The translations under genes were made by a program, and so were the position numbers. 63,059 bases of DNA from Bacillota bacterium (GTDB lineage Bacteria; Bacillota; Clostridia; Acetivibrionales; JANLFN01), in assembly GCA_030705825.1 (NCBI GenBank), contig JAUZPR010000005.1:1-63059 (forward strand), given 5' to 3'. Positions 47,422 through 57,465 of the stretch are shown here, piece after piece; the stretch's first letter is position 1; each line of letters opens with the position of its first letter. Under the pieces are notes generated by a model that did no database searches, had not been told where the DNA came from, and saw only the letters and a list, made by a program, of their open reading frames with translations.

Positions 47422-48744
47422 TTACCCGGCAGCAGCTATATTTAAATTCTTATTTCCCATGATATTTTTATACATCCATTCCATAAATATTCCGTAACCT
47501 CTGGTCGGATCATTGACCAGTACATGTGTTACTGCTCCTACTATCCTTCCGTTTTGAATAATTGGACTTCCTGACATTCCCTGTACTATTCCTCCGGTCT
47601 TATCAAGCAGTCTCTTATCTGTTATCTTTATAACCATACCTTTTGAGCTGCTTGAATTCTGCAGTATAACCCTTTGAATCTCAATCCCGTATTCTTCTAC
47701 CTTCTCACCGTCGATATTGCATAATATCGATGCTGGTCCTTCCTTTACCTGGGATCGCATTGCCATCGGATACTCTTTTCCCTTAAGCATTCCTGTCGCA
47801 TTGCTGTTTAATATACCGTAAATTCCCGATTCACAGTTGTTGGTTATATACCCCAGCTTTTTCCCATCCAGGAACATTCCTTTCAATTCACCCGGAGATC
47901 CTGTTTTGCCTTTTCTTATATCCATAATTGTTGATTTAATTACCTCGCCGCTTTCAACAGGGAGTATTGTGCCGGTATCAATATCGGCAATTCCGTGTCC
48001 AAGGGCTCCAAACCTTTTTGTTTCCGGATCATAAAATGTTATTGTCCCTATACCTGCGCTGCTGTCCCTGACCCATAAGCCTATATGATATTTTTTATCT
48101 TCATTAGATAAAACCGGCTTTATTTCGGTATCAATAAAAGTGCTTCCCCGTCGGTATTTAATCTTGAGCGGATTTCCACCGCTTTTGTCTACTTCAGAAA
48201 TCAATTCTTCAATTGTGTCCAGCTTTTTCCCATTAATTGCTATAAGAAAATCTCCCGGCCTGATACCAACTTCTTTTCCAGGCTGGGGATTTCGTCCGTC
48301 CTTTGTATTTACATCCGAAATTCCAATTACCAGAATACCATTGATATTAAGCTTGACACCTATTGTATTACCGCATGCCACTACCATTTTATTTGGAACC
48401 ACATCAACATGTATTGTTCTTACAGGAAGCAGTCCGAAAAGCTTAAGATTTATATTTACGAACCCATTCTTTTCGGATTTTATAGTAAGCGGCTCTTCAA
48501 GTTGATAGTGTCCCCCTGTTGTTTTACTTTCCATACTGGTAAGGGAAATAATACCGTTCTTGTCAGGCATCATATCAACACAAAACAGGCTTCTGAAATC
48601 ATATACATATTCTTCGCCTTCAAGCAGGGTCAAATTACCGGGAAGTGAATAAAGCATTCTAATATATCCAAATAACATAACAGAAATACAAACAAGTAAA
48701 AAAACAATGAATTTTACATTTCTATTCCTTATTAGTTTTATCAT
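47422..48744 (-). CDS. spoIVB: SpoIVB signalling serine peptidase (S55)
   Basis: TM anchor, PDZ (GIRPGDFLIAINGK) and S55 domain (GTITFYDPETKRFGALGH, GMSGSPI). Start at ATG 48744. Confidence 0.95.
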   Translation of the reverse strand: MIKLIRNRNVKFIVFLLVCISVMLFGYIRMLYSLPGNLTLLEGEEYVYDFRSLFCVDMMPDKNGIISLTSMESKTTGGHYQLEEPLTIKSEKNGFVNINLKLFGLLPVRTIHVDVVPNKMVVACGNTIGVKLNINGILVIGISDVNTKDGRNPQPGKEVGIRPGDFLIAINGKKLDTIEELISEVDKSGGNPLKIKYRRGSTFIDTEIKPVLSNEDKKYHIGLWVRDSSAGIGTITFYDPETKRFGALGHGIADIDTGTILPVESGEVIKSTIMDIRKGKTGSPGELKGMFLDGKKLGYITNNCESGIYGILNSNATGMLKGKEYPMAMRSQVKEGPASILCNIDGEKVEEYGIEIQRVILQNSSSSKGMVIKITDKRLLDKTGGIVQGMSGSPIIQNGRIVGAVTHVLVNDPTRGYGIFMEWMYKNIMGNKNLNIAAAG

Positions 48745-48890
48745 ATGCACACTCCGGAAGAAAAATAAAGTCACGCTGCCTTCACAGCAACGTGACACTT
48801 TCTGAATTTTCAGATATTAATTTTACCTTTTGGAAAGTTAATTATTCAAGAAGATAAATACATGACAGGAAAATTTAAAAATGAAATGAA

Positions 48891-50615
48891 TCAGGATAAA
48901 TTGGTCTTAAAACTTCCGGCGTTTACCAGCATTTCTTCAGCATGCTTGAGAGTGATTTCGGAAATATTCGTACCTCCGATAATTCTCGCGATTTCACTTT
49001 TTATTTCATTTCCCTTAAGCTTTTTTACATGAGTTTCGGTACTATCCTGTGTGGAATTTTTTTCAATAAGATAATGATTATCAGCCATACAACCAATCTG
49101 AGCAAGATGTGTAACACATATTACCTGATGGCTGCGTGAAATGAAGGACAGCTTTTCTCCTACCTTTTGAGCGGCTATACCGCTTATTCCTATGTCAATC
49201 TCATCAAAAATAAGCACAGGAACACTGTCCACATCAGCCAGGATTGTTTTTATTGCCAGCATTATTCTGGACATTTCTCCGCCTGAAGCTATCTTGGATA
49301 GCGGCTTCAATATTTCGCCCGCATTTGGAGATATAAGAAATTCAACTTCACTAAGTCCGGTTGATGTATACTGTCTCTCACCTTTTTCATTAGTGTTGTC
49401 ATTAAAAATCATATTGACCTTGAATTTTGAGTTTTTCATTTCAAGTTCGTTTAACTGGCTTCCTATTTTGTCTTCCAGGATTAGGGCTGCATTGTTTCTT
49501 TCATTATGTAAAAAGCGGGCCTTTTCCAGCAAAGTTTCATCCAACTCCAGGAGCTGTTTTTCAAGTTCTTTTGCCTTTTCTTCACTTTGCAGAACTTCAT
49601 TCAGCTCTTCTTCGGTCTTTTTACAATAGGAAATCACTTCATCAATACTGTTTCCATATTTCTTTTTTAGCCTGTAAATAAGGTCAAGCCGTTCTTCTAT
49701 CCTTTCAAGAAGAGCAGGATCATATTCCACTTCATCTCGTTCATTTCTTACTTCCTCAATAATATCTCCCAACTGATACATGATTTCTTCAAGCTTTCCG
49801 GAGAGTGAACCGTATTTTTCATCCAATCTGGCAATACCGTTCAATTCTTTCAGTGCCTGGTTAATGTTATCATTAGCAGAATTTTTGATATTGTTTCCAG
49901 AGAATAAAATTTCATATGTATTTGACAGGGCATCTATGATTTTTTCGGCACTTGAATTAAGCACACGCTGCTTGTTGAGTTCTTCCTCTTCACCGGGCTT
50001 TAGGCTGGCTTTTTTTATTTCATCTATCTGGAATTTCAATATATCGATTTTTCTTTCCCGGTCCTGGGAATTGCCTGATAATTCAATAAGTTTTGTCTTT
50101 AGTTCTCTATACTTTGCCAGCAGTGAATTATATTCCTTTCTGGCCGAAATCAACCTGCTCCCCCCGAAGGAATCCAGAAGCTCTATATGTGAAGAGGTTC
50201 TTAGAAGTGACTGGTTGTCGTACTGTCCGTGCATATCGATTATATGCTGGCTAACTTCCTTCAGCATTGAAACTGTTGCAAGCTTTCCGTTTATCCTGCA
50301 GGTATTTTTTCCTGTAATCGTAAATTCGCGTGAGAGTATGAGAGTTCCATCCTCATCAGGTTCCATACCAAGAGGCTCAAGAATCATGGACAGCTTATCC
50401 CTGTCCAGCTGGAAAACCGCCTCTACAGAAGCCTTTTCCCTGCCGGTTCTGATTATATCCTTGGAAACCCTTACACCAAGGATAGCATTAATTGAATCAA
50501 TAATAATTGATTTGCCGGCACCGGTTTCTCCGGTCATTATATTCAGGCCCTCACCAAACTCAATGTTTACGCAGTCAATCAATGCGACATTATGAATCTC
50601 CAACTGCTGAAGCAT
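48891..50615 (-). CDS. recN: DNA repair protein RecN
   Basis: SMC-like protein: Walker A GETGAGKS, long coiled coil, signature SGGEMSR, Walker B LIFDEID. Confidence 0.97.
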   Translation of the reverse strand: MLQQLEIHNVALIDCVNIEFGEGLNIMTGETGAGKSIIIDSINAILGVRVSKDIIRTGREKASVEAVFQLDRDKLSMILEPLGMEPDEDGTLILSREFTITGKNTCRINGKLATVSMLKEVSQHIIDMHGQYDNQSLLRTSSHIELLDSFGGSRLISARKEYNSLLAKYRELKTKLIELSGNSQDRERKIDILKFQIDEIKKASLKPGEEEELNKQRVLNSSAEKIIDALSNTYEILFSGNNIKNSANDNINQALKELNGIARLDEKYGSLSGKLEEIMYQLGDIIEEVRNERDEVEYDPALLERIEERLDLIYRLKKKYGNSIDEVISYCKKTEEELNEVLQSEEKAKELEKQLLELDETLLEKARFLHNERNNAALILEDKIGSQLNELEMKNSKFKVNMIFNDNTNEKGERQYTSTGLSEVEFLISPNAGEILKPLSKIASGGEMSRIMLAIKTILADVDSVPVLIFDEIDIGISGIAAQKVGEKLSFISRSHQVICVTHLAQIGCMADNHYLIEKNSTQDSTETHVKKLKGNEIKSEIARIIGGTNISEITLKHAEEMLVNAGSFKTNLS

Positions 50616-50645
50616 TGCACTACCCCTATCGTACTTTATTTATAT

Positions 50646-51104
50646 TTATTGCTCTTCCTTAACTATTTTCTCAAATTTATCAGTAATTTCTTCGGCAATT
50701 TTTTCTGCTCTGCAAATTATCATTATAGTATCATCACCTGCTACAGTGCCTACTATTTCAGGCCAACCCATTGAATCGATGGCTGAAGCGGCTGCATGAG
50801 CCATTCCCGGCAGAGTTTTTACAATGACGATATTATTTGCATAGTCGCTGGAAACAAAGGTTTCAGCAAAAATTCTCATAAGCTTGTAGGAAGTTACATT
50901 TTCAGCTTTCATCAAAGCAGAATACCTTGAACGTCCGTCGGGAGTCATGCTCTTTACAAGCCTCAGTTCCTTAATATCCCTTGAAATTGTAGCCTGTGTG
51001 ACATCCATCCCTGCTTCCTTCAGCTTGTCTGCAATTTCCTCCTGAGTCTCTATTACATTCTTTTCAATTATCTCCAATATTTTAGCATGTCTATTATACT
51101 TCAT
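50646..51104 (-). CDS. argR: Arginine repressor
   Basis: Winged helix (TQATISRDIKEL) and a C-terminal hexamerisation domain with GTVAGDDTI. Confidence 0.95.
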   Translation of the reverse strand: MKYNRHAKILEIIEKNVIETQEEIADKLKEAGMDVTQATISRDIKELRLVKSMTPDGRSRYSALMKAENVTSYKLMRIFAETFVSSDYANNIVIVKTLPGMAHAAASAIDSMGWPEIVGTVAGDDTIMIICRAEKIAEEITDKFEKIVKEEQ

Positions 51105-51972
51105 CTTCTCTTAAACATTCTCCCCTCTGATAAATCTTATTTCTTAATACGTTAAAGAAATTCCGTTCATAAAGTCTTACTATTTTTGCTCTGTATGAAG
51201 AACGCCTTATTTCAACAATATCTCCCGCCTTTATCTCATAACCCTTCTGACCGTCAACTGTAATAACGGCATCCTGACAGTATTTTTTATCCACCAGGGC
51301 TTTTACAACTCTGTCCCCTGTTGCTATTATGGGTCTTGAATAAAGGATATGCGGACAAATAGGATTAAGAATTATCAGGTCAACTTCAGGTTCAACCATC
51401 GGACCTCCCGCTGAAAGCGAATATGCCGTAGAACCTGTAGGGGTGGAAATTATCATTCCGTCCCCTGGAAATGAATCTACAAATAGATTGTTTAAATAGG
51501 TTTTTATATGTAATATGCCTGAAACGGCACTTCTTGATATCACAATATCATTTAAGGCATATTCCTTTACAAAACCGTTTGCAGTATTAAAATCCGCTTC
51601 AAGCATCATTCGTTCTTCTATGGAATATTCGTTTCTAAAAAGCTTGTCTATTGCATTTTTAATATCACTTTTATCGATTTCAGCGAGGAATCCCAGATTC
51701 CCCAGGTTTACACCAAGCACCGGAATATCATTTTTAAAGGCTTTTCTTGCGGCCTTAAGAAAAGTACCGTCCCCGCCAAGGCATATGATCATATCGGTTT
51801 TACTGAATATTTCTGTCTCGGATTTTCCAGCTTCCTTTAAATTTATCAATTGTGCAACATCTTCGGGCATCATTATGTTTCCGCCGTTTTTAATTATGGC
51901 TTCCACTACTTCGGCTGTATGTTTAAGCTGCGTATCCTTATCTCTATTTATATATAAACCTATATTTCTCAT
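51094..51972 (-). CDS. nadK: NAD+ kinase
   Basis: GGDGTFL, NLGNLGFL and TPTGSTAYSLSAGGP motifs. Overlaps argR by 11 nt. Confidence 0.95.
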   Translation of the reverse strand: MRNIGLYINRDKDTQLKHTAEVVEAIIKNGGNIMMPEDVAQLINLKEAGKSETEIFSKTDMIICLGGDGTFLKAARKAFKNDIPVLGVNLGNLGFLAEIDKSDIKNAIDKLFRNEYSIEERMMLEADFNTANGFVKEYALNDIVISRSAVSGILHIKTYLNNLFVDSFPGDGMIISTPTGSTAYSLSAGGPMVEPEVDLIILNPICPHILYSRPIIATGDRVVKALVDKKYCQDAVITVDGQKGYEIKAGDIVEIRRSSYRAKIVRLYERNFFNVLRNKIYQRGECLREDEV

Positions 51973-52137
51973 TAAATATTCCAGTGAAAGAGAGACACAC
52001 TTTTTAAAGCAGTGTCCTGTTCCATCCTCTCTTGTTAATCAAAATGTTATGAAAGCTTAATTATTTTAATTATATCAAAAATTACCTGATTTATAAACAA
52101 GATAAAAAATCAGTTTGGCAATCTGAATTCTGTATTG

Positions 52138-52183
52138 AAAAAAGAAAAACGCCCGAGGTTATTTTAAACCTTCATGGGCGTTT
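52138..52183 (-). terminator. Intrinsic terminator overlapping the tlyA 3' end
   Basis: Minus strand AAACGCCCATGAAGG...CCTCGGGCGTTT followed by a T-rich run. Confidence 0.6.
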
Positions 52184-52962
52184 GATACTGTTTCAGATAT
52201 GATTTTTTCTATATTATCAATACTTTCTCCTGATTTGGCCAGGTATGCAAGATATTCGATGTTTCCTTCCGGTCCTTTGATAGGAGAATAAGCCAGGCCC
52301 TTTACTTTCAAACCCAGTTCCACTGAAAAATTCAAAACAGAAGTAATGACCTCAATATGAGTTTCGGGTTCCCGTACCACTCCATGCTTTCCTACCTTTT
52401 CCCTGCCGGCTTCAAACTGTGGTTTAATGAGACTTACTATTTCTCCATTTTCACCTGTCAGCTCTTTTGCCACGGGCAAAACCTTTTTTAATGATATAAA
52501 AGATACGTCTATACTTGCAAAATTAAGTATTTCTCCGATTTGCTCAGGCTTTACATACCGTATGTTTGTCCGTTCCATACATACAACGCGGCTGTCATTC
52601 CTCAAGTTCCAGGCAAGCTGGCCATATCCCACATCAACTGCATATACCTTTTCTGCACCTCTTTGTAGCATGCAGTCTGTAAAGCCTCCTGTAGATGCCC
52701 CGATATCAATGCACTTTTTGCCCTGCAGATTCAAGCCAAAGGAGTCGATGGCCTTTTGAAGCTTCAGCCCGCCTCTGCTGACAAAAGGCAACGGATTTTC
52801 CTTAATGCTGATATTTATATCCTGGTTGAATTTAACACCGGGCTTGTCGGCCCGTTCTCCATCAACCAGCACACAACCCGCCATAACTGCGCCCTGAGCC
52901 TTTTCCCTGCTTGGGAAGAAACCTCTTTTATATAAAATTACATCCAATCTTTCCTTATCCAA
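52159..52962 (-). CDS. tlyA: TlyA-family rRNA 2'-O-methyltransferase
   Basis: S4 domain (RLDVILYKRGFFPSREKAQ) and FtsJ-like SAM motif DIGASTGGFTD. Confidence 0.9.
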   Translation of the reverse strand: MDKERLDVILYKRGFFPSREKAQGAVMAGCVLVDGERADKPGVKFNQDINISIKENPLPFVSRGGLKLQKAIDSFGLNLQGKKCIDIGASTGGFTDCMLQRGAEKVYAVDVGYGQLAWNLRNDSRVVCMERTNIRYVKPEQIGEILNFASIDVSFISLKKVLPVAKELTGENGEIVSLIKPQFEAGREKVGKHGVVREPETHIEVITSVLNFSVELGLKVKGLAYSPIKGPEGNIEYLAYLAKSGESIDNIEKIISETVSNAHEGLK

Positions 52963-52980
52963 ACAATTCCTCCAAAAGAC

Positions 52981-54846
52981 TTATTTTCTCATTATTCTTT
53001 TAACTTCGGATACAACTGTTTCATAATCCAGGCCATACTTCCTGTATAGTTTGCTTCTTGCACCATGTTCTATGAATTTGTCCGGGAAGCCGAGAAGTTT
53101 TACTTTGGGGTATAAGCCTGTCCTGTTTAGAACCTCTATGACTCCGCTTCCAAAACCCCCAACTGTTGAGTTGTCTTCGATTGTTACAATTCTGCTTGTT
53201 TTTGCTGCTGATGTTATTATAAGTTTCTCGTCCAGCGGCTTGCAGAATCTGGCATTTATAACCTCTGCCGAAATACCCTCCCGGCTTAATTCATCTGCGG
53301 CTTTAAGAGCAATGGAAACCATGGTACCTACCGCAACTATTGAAACATCCTTGCCGTCCCTTACCTTAACACCTTTCCCGAACTTAACCGGCTTCTCCTC
53401 AATTACTTTTTCCTGTCCTGCACCTCTGGGATATCTTATTGCTATCGGTCCGTTATGTTCAAGCACTGCGTAATCAAGCATTTCCCTAAATTCACAGTAG
53501 TCGCAGGGAGCAAGTATGGTTATATTCGGTATGTCTCTTAAAAATGAAAGGTCAAAAAGTCCCTGATGAGTTTCCCCGTCATCTCCGATCAGTCCTGCCC
53601 TGTCAACGGCAAATACCACATGAAGGTTCTGTATTGCAACATCATGCAGCACCTGGTCAAATGCTCTCTGCAGGAAGGTTGAATAAACAGCGAAAACGGG
53701 AACCAACCCATTAGCTGCCATTCCTGCCGCAAGAGTTACAGCATGCTGTTCTGCTATTCCCACATCAAAAAACCTGTTCCTGTATTTTGTTGAAAATGGT
53801 ACAAGACCTGTTCCGTCACGCATAGCTGCAGTAATTGCAACCAACCTTGGTTCCTTTCCGGCAAGCCTTACCAACTCTTCTCCGAAAACATTCGAAAAGC
53901 TTGGCATACTCTCTACTTTAGCCTCACCGGTCTCTATTTCAAAAGGCTGTACTCCGTGGAACGCATACGGTTTTTCCTCTGCATAGGAATAGCCTTTTCC
54001 TTTTTGAGTACAAACATGTATGAATACAGGTCCTTTCATGAGCTTGGCTCTTGAAAAAACCTTTACAAGCTCCTGGATATTATGTCCATCAATGGGTCCT
54101 AGATATTTAAAGCCCAGTTCCTCAAAAATTATTCCGGGCATTACAAGGTATTTAATCAAACCCTTGGTCCGGGTAATCGCCCTGGCTGTTGCCTTTCCTA
54201 CTCCCGGGATTTTTTTGAGAAATTGGTCTACGTCCTCACGCATTTTGAAATAAAAGGGTTGTGTTCTGATTCTGCTGAGATATCTTGACATTCCACCTAC
54301 GTTTTTTGAAATTGACATCTCATTATCATTCAAAATCACTATCATTTTATTTGTTGACCTTCCAGCATCATTCAGTGCTTCAAAAGCCATTCCCCCGGTC
54401 AGTGCACCATCTCCTATAACTGCTATCACTTCATATTTTTCATCCTTAATATCACGTGCCCTTGCAAAGCCAAGAGCCGCTGATATTGAAGTACTGCTGT
54501 GACCGGTATCAAAGCAGTCATGCTCGCTTTCATTTCTCTTAGGAAATCCGGCTATTCCCTCATGCTGCCTCAATGTGCAAAACTTTTCTCTTCTGCCGGT
54601 TATTATTTTATGTACATAGGATTGATGACCCACATCCCATACTATTCTGTCATCAGGCGTATTAAATACCTTATGCAGGGCAAGCGTCAATTCAACAACG
54701 CCAAGATTGGATGCAAGATGTCCTCCTGTTTTGGAAACATTCTCTATTAAATACTCCCTGATTTCATCAGAAAGCTCTGTTAATTCCGTAATATCAAGTT
54801 TTTTTACATCTGCCGGGGAGTTAATCCCTTCAAGTAATCCACCCAC
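52981..54846 (-). CDS. dxs: 1-deoxy-D-xylulose-5-phosphate synthase
   Basis: GHSSTSISAALG and the TPP motif GDGALTGGMAFEALN. GTG start 18 nt after the oapA-like stop. Confidence 0.97.
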   Translation of the reverse strand: MGGLLEGINSPADVKKLDITELTELSDEIREYLIENVSKTGGHLASNLGVVELTLALHKVFNTPDDRIVWDVGHQSYVHKIITGRREKFCTLRQHEGIAGFPKRNESEHDCFDTGHSSTSISAALGFARARDIKDEKYEVIAVIGDGALTGGMAFEALNDAGRSTNKMIVILNDNEMSISKNVGGMSRYLSRIRTQPFYFKMREDVDQFLKKIPGVGKATARAITRTKGLIKYLVMPGIIFEELGFKYLGPIDGHNIQELVKVFSRAKLMKGPVFIHVCTQKGKGYSYAEEKPYAFHGVQPFEIETGEAKVESMPSFSNVFGEELVRLAGKEPRLVAITAAMRDGTGLVPFSTKYRNRFFDVGIAEQHAVTLAAGMAANGLVPVFAVYSTFLQRAFDQVLHDVAIQNLHVVFAVDRAGLIGDDGETHQGLFDLSFLRDIPNITILAPCDYCEFREMLDYAVLEHNGPIAIRYPRGAGQEKVIEEKPVKFGKGVKVRDGKDVSIVAVGTMVSIALKAADELSREGISAEVINARFCKPLDEKLIITSAAKTSRIVTIEDNSTVGGFGSGVIEVLNRTGLYPKVKLLGFPDKFIEHGARSKLYRKYGLDYETVVSEVKRIMRK

Positions 54847-54863
54847 TAAACTAAATCCCGCCT

Positions 54864-55508
54864 TTAGACATTCTTATGATGCTTGCTGCTTTTTTTCTTC
54901 TTTTTATTTCTGACAAAGAACTTTGTAATAACTGCGATTTTATATACTATGTAATTACTGTTATGAATAGCTATGGTTTTACCTATGGCTTTTCCCCCAA
55001 CAGTCAATGATGCTACCATTCCAGTTATGATCAAACCTGCCACGGTGGTTTCGGAAGCATTTCCCTGGCCGGCAATTTTTACAATTATATAGGCACTTGC
55101 CGTTCCGCTTATAACTCCGGCTATATCCCCAACAACATCATTACAGAAGCTTGCCACCTTATTTGCATGCTTTATCATAAGTATTGCCTGTTTTGCACCA
55201 TAAACCTTTCTAGATGCCATTGCGTGAAAAGGTGCCTCATCGGCAGCAGTTACGGCAATTCCTATTATATCAAATATAATTCCCACAAATATAATTGCAA
55301 AGACAATAATTAAAGCAATAACTGTATCTGTATTTTTAAGACCTGATGATACAAAAGATAAAAACGCCGACAGAAAAAAAGACGCAACTGTTATTAAAAT
55401 ATACCATTTTGCGTTCTCTGCAGCTGAACCTAACATCTTTACTCTGAATTTTACTCTTCTTTCTTCTTTTTCAACCTTGTGATTTTTTTCGTCTTCACGA
55501 TCACTCAA
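54864..55508 (-). CDS. oapA: OLE-associated membrane protein OapA (candidate)
   Basis: About 4 TM helices with buried acidic residues (IIFDIIGIAV, FCNDVVGDIAGV) and lysine-rich tails. Sits between the OLE-like RNA and dxs as in Bacillus halodurans. The start is uncertain: TTG 55508 or ATG 55436. Confidence 0.65.
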   Translation of the reverse strand: MSDREDEKNHKVEKEERRVKFRVKMLGSAAENAKWYILITVASFFLSAFLSFVSSGLKNTDTVIALIIVFAIIFVGIIFDIIGIAVTAADEAPFHAMASRKVYGAKQAILMIKHANKVASFCNDVVGDIAGVISGTASAYIIVKIAGQGNASETTVAGLIITGMVASLTVGGKAIGKTIAIHNSNYIVYKIAVITKFFVRNKKKKKSSKHHKNV

Positions 55509-55546
55509 AACTTTTTCACCTTTATCAATTTATGTATGGTAAAACC

Positions 55547-56152
55547 GGGTGGTAATATATTGAGTAAATTTTGCGGCTTAGGTCAGGCAGGATTTCCCCG
55601 GTTTCTACTGAAACGTCGCCGTTCCAGCGGTTTCCCTTTAAAGCATCCGCCGCATAGTTACCCTTTGCGGGGCCTGATTACCACTTAGTCCACACTGCAA
55701 TCCCCAATATATCTCTTAACAGAACAGTCTAGGAGATTTCCTCTTCAGTCTGACTGCTTCCTAGCCTCTTTTGCAAGCTTGGTTTCAAATAGCAATAATG
55801 GTTGTATATTGGCCAATATACAGCCATCCGATCCATTATCCGCCAAGTTCACTCAAGGCAGGCTACACTGTTCACAGCATCTTGCGATACCGCCTAACAG
55901 GTTTAATCCCTTCTCGTGGGGGATGTCGGATAAAGCAAGCTTTACCCGGCTTTCATCCAAAAGTAAGGGTCTCCACGGTAGAGGGGTCAACGCCCGCATG
56001 CCATTGCAGATCGCCCCTAAACCTTAACTCCCAGCATCGACCCACTACTGGGCGTAGCAAGCCGACACAAGGAACTTCATCGATGTGCCCTTTGACGGCT
56101 TTTTAGGCCCGTCTTCAGAAACAGCAGTCCTGACTAGAATACTGTACCACCC
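55547..56152 (-). ncRNA. ole: OLE (ornate, large, extremophilic) RNA, candidate
   Basis: 805-nt gap with no minus-strand ORF of 60 aa or more, visibly G+C-rich relative to flanks, many local helices. An 8-nt terminal complement (GGGUGGUA / UACCACCC) encloses 606 nt. Canonical ispA-OLE-oapA-dxs synteny. Confidence 0.75.
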
Positions 56153-56183
56153 TGTTATACACTCTAAGTAAGTACGGATATTG

Positions 56184-56192
56184 ATTATATCA
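56184..56192 (-). promoter_or_regulatory. Candidate extended -10 element upstream of the OLE-like RNA
   Basis: Minus strand TGATATAAT about 30 nt upstream of the 5' closing helix. The -35 is weak. Confidence 0.3.
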
Positions 56193-56312
56193 CAAAAGGG
56201 TGATACATAAAACATCTTATATAAGCCGATTTAACCTTAAATATGACGGATATAGCCGACAATGCATTTTACTGCTTTTATTCTTACGGCACATATCATA
56301 TGATGTAAATCA

Positions 56313-57221
56313 CTAATTGTTTCTTGAGCACAGCTTAAAGATGAGTGTTCTTAGGAATTCAGCACTGGCTCCGAAACCCTGCAGGCACTTGTCTGCTTCG
56401 GTTGTTACTTCATTAAGCAGCCTTTTGGATTCTTCCATCCCATAGATAGTTATATATGTAGATTTTAATTTTTTTGCATCGCTTCCTGTTTGCTTTCCCA
56501 TGGAAGCCAGATCGCCTTCAACATCCAGAATATCATCACGTATCTGGAATGCCAGACCTGTTTTATCTCCGAATTTTTCAATCAGGCTCATTTGTTCTTC
56601 AGATGCACCTGACAGAATGGCAGCTGCAACAGCAGGTGCTTTAAGAAGCGCACCTGTTTTACATTTATGCATGTAATGAAGAGTTTCCTTTTGTATTATT
56701 TTATTCTCAGATTCCAGGTCAACGACCTGTCCGCCTATCATGCCTGAAGTTCCTGCAGCCTCTGCAATGGCATGCATTGCAGTAAGTTTTTGAACCATAT
56801 TGCCTTCAGTTTTTAAAGCATGCTCCATCATTACTTCATATGCCGTATTCAAAAGTGCATCTCCTGCAAGAATAGCGGTTGCTTCTCCGAACACCTTATG
56901 GTTTGTCAGCCTTCCCCGTCTGTAATTGTCATCGTCCATGGCTGGAAGGTCGTCATGTATCAGCGAATATGTATGTATCATTTCAATTGCACATGCAAAA
57001 GGCAAAACATCCTTCTGATTTCCTCCCAGCATCTCGCACACAGCAAGACATATAACCGGACGGATGCGTTTTCCTCCTGCGAAGATACTGTATCTCATCG
57101 CTTCATATATGTTCTTTTCGGGTGTATCCTTTTTAGGTATTAGCCGTTCCAGTTCTTCATTGACAATTTCAATCCATGAGCCTATTTTAGCGTTGTATTC
57201 TTCTTCATTTAAGTACTGCAT
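56313..57221 (-). CDS. ispA: Farnesyl/geranyl diphosphate synthase
   Basis: First and second Asp-rich motifs LIHDDLPAMDDD and FQIRDDILD. Confidence 0.95.
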   Translation of the reverse strand: MQYLNEEEYNAKIGSWIEIVNEELERLIPKKDTPEKNIYEAMRYSIFAGGKRIRPVICLAVCEMLGGNQKDVLPFACAIEMIHTYSLIHDDLPAMDDDNYRRGRLTNHKVFGEATAILAGDALLNTAYEVMMEHALKTEGNMVQKLTAMHAIAEAAGTSGMIGGQVVDLESENKIIQKETLHYMHKCKTGALLKAPAVAAAILSGASEEQMSLIEKFGDKTGLAFQIRDDILDVEGDLASMGKQTGSDAKKLKSTYITIYGMEESKRLLNEVTTEADKCLQGFGASAEFLRTLIFKLCSRNN

Positions 57222-57222
57222 T

Positions 57223-57465
57223 CTATTCCTCCGTTGTAGAATTCAAGGTCATTGGTACTTCCTTGATTTGGCCTGCTTCATCTTCTATAAGCATTGTTAT
57301 TTTCTTTTCAACTTCATCCAGCCTTTTAGTGCAATATCTGGACAGTTCAATTCCCCGCTGAAAAATATCTATTGATTCATCAAGCGGAAGCTCGCCTTTT
57401 TCAAGCTTATTTACTATGTCCTCAAGCTCTTTTACGGCTTCTTCAAAATTCTTCCCATTGCTCAT
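57223..57465 (-). CDS. xseB: Exodeoxyribonuclease VII small subunit
   Basis: 80 aa, FEEAVKELEDIVNKLEKGELPLDESI. Confidence 0.95.
   Translation of the reverse strand: MSNGKNFEEAVKELEDIVNKLEKGELPLDESIDIFQRGIELSRYCTKRLDEVEKKITMLIEDEAGQIKEVPMTLNSTTEE

Noticed and set aside
55479-56106. Plus-strand ORFs of 69, 82 and 111 aa inside the ispA-oapA gap
   Set aside because: They lie antisense to the operon, lack RBS-like sequences and have proline/arginine/serine-rich low-complexity translations typical of G+C-rich structured RNA. They are better explained by the OLE-like RNA gene.
55547-56152. Alternative identities for the structured RNA: RNase P RNA, tmRNA, group II intron, cobalamin riboswitch
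   Set aside because: There is no GAGGAAAGUCC / ACAGAACCCGGCUUA-type RNase P core and no tRNA-like ...UCCACCA 3' end with a tag ORF. There is no GUGYG 5' end or domain V hairpin. The AAAGGGAAACCGCUGGAA string is only a loose resemblance to the B12 box, and the downstream gene is not B12-related. Synteny and size fit OLE instead.
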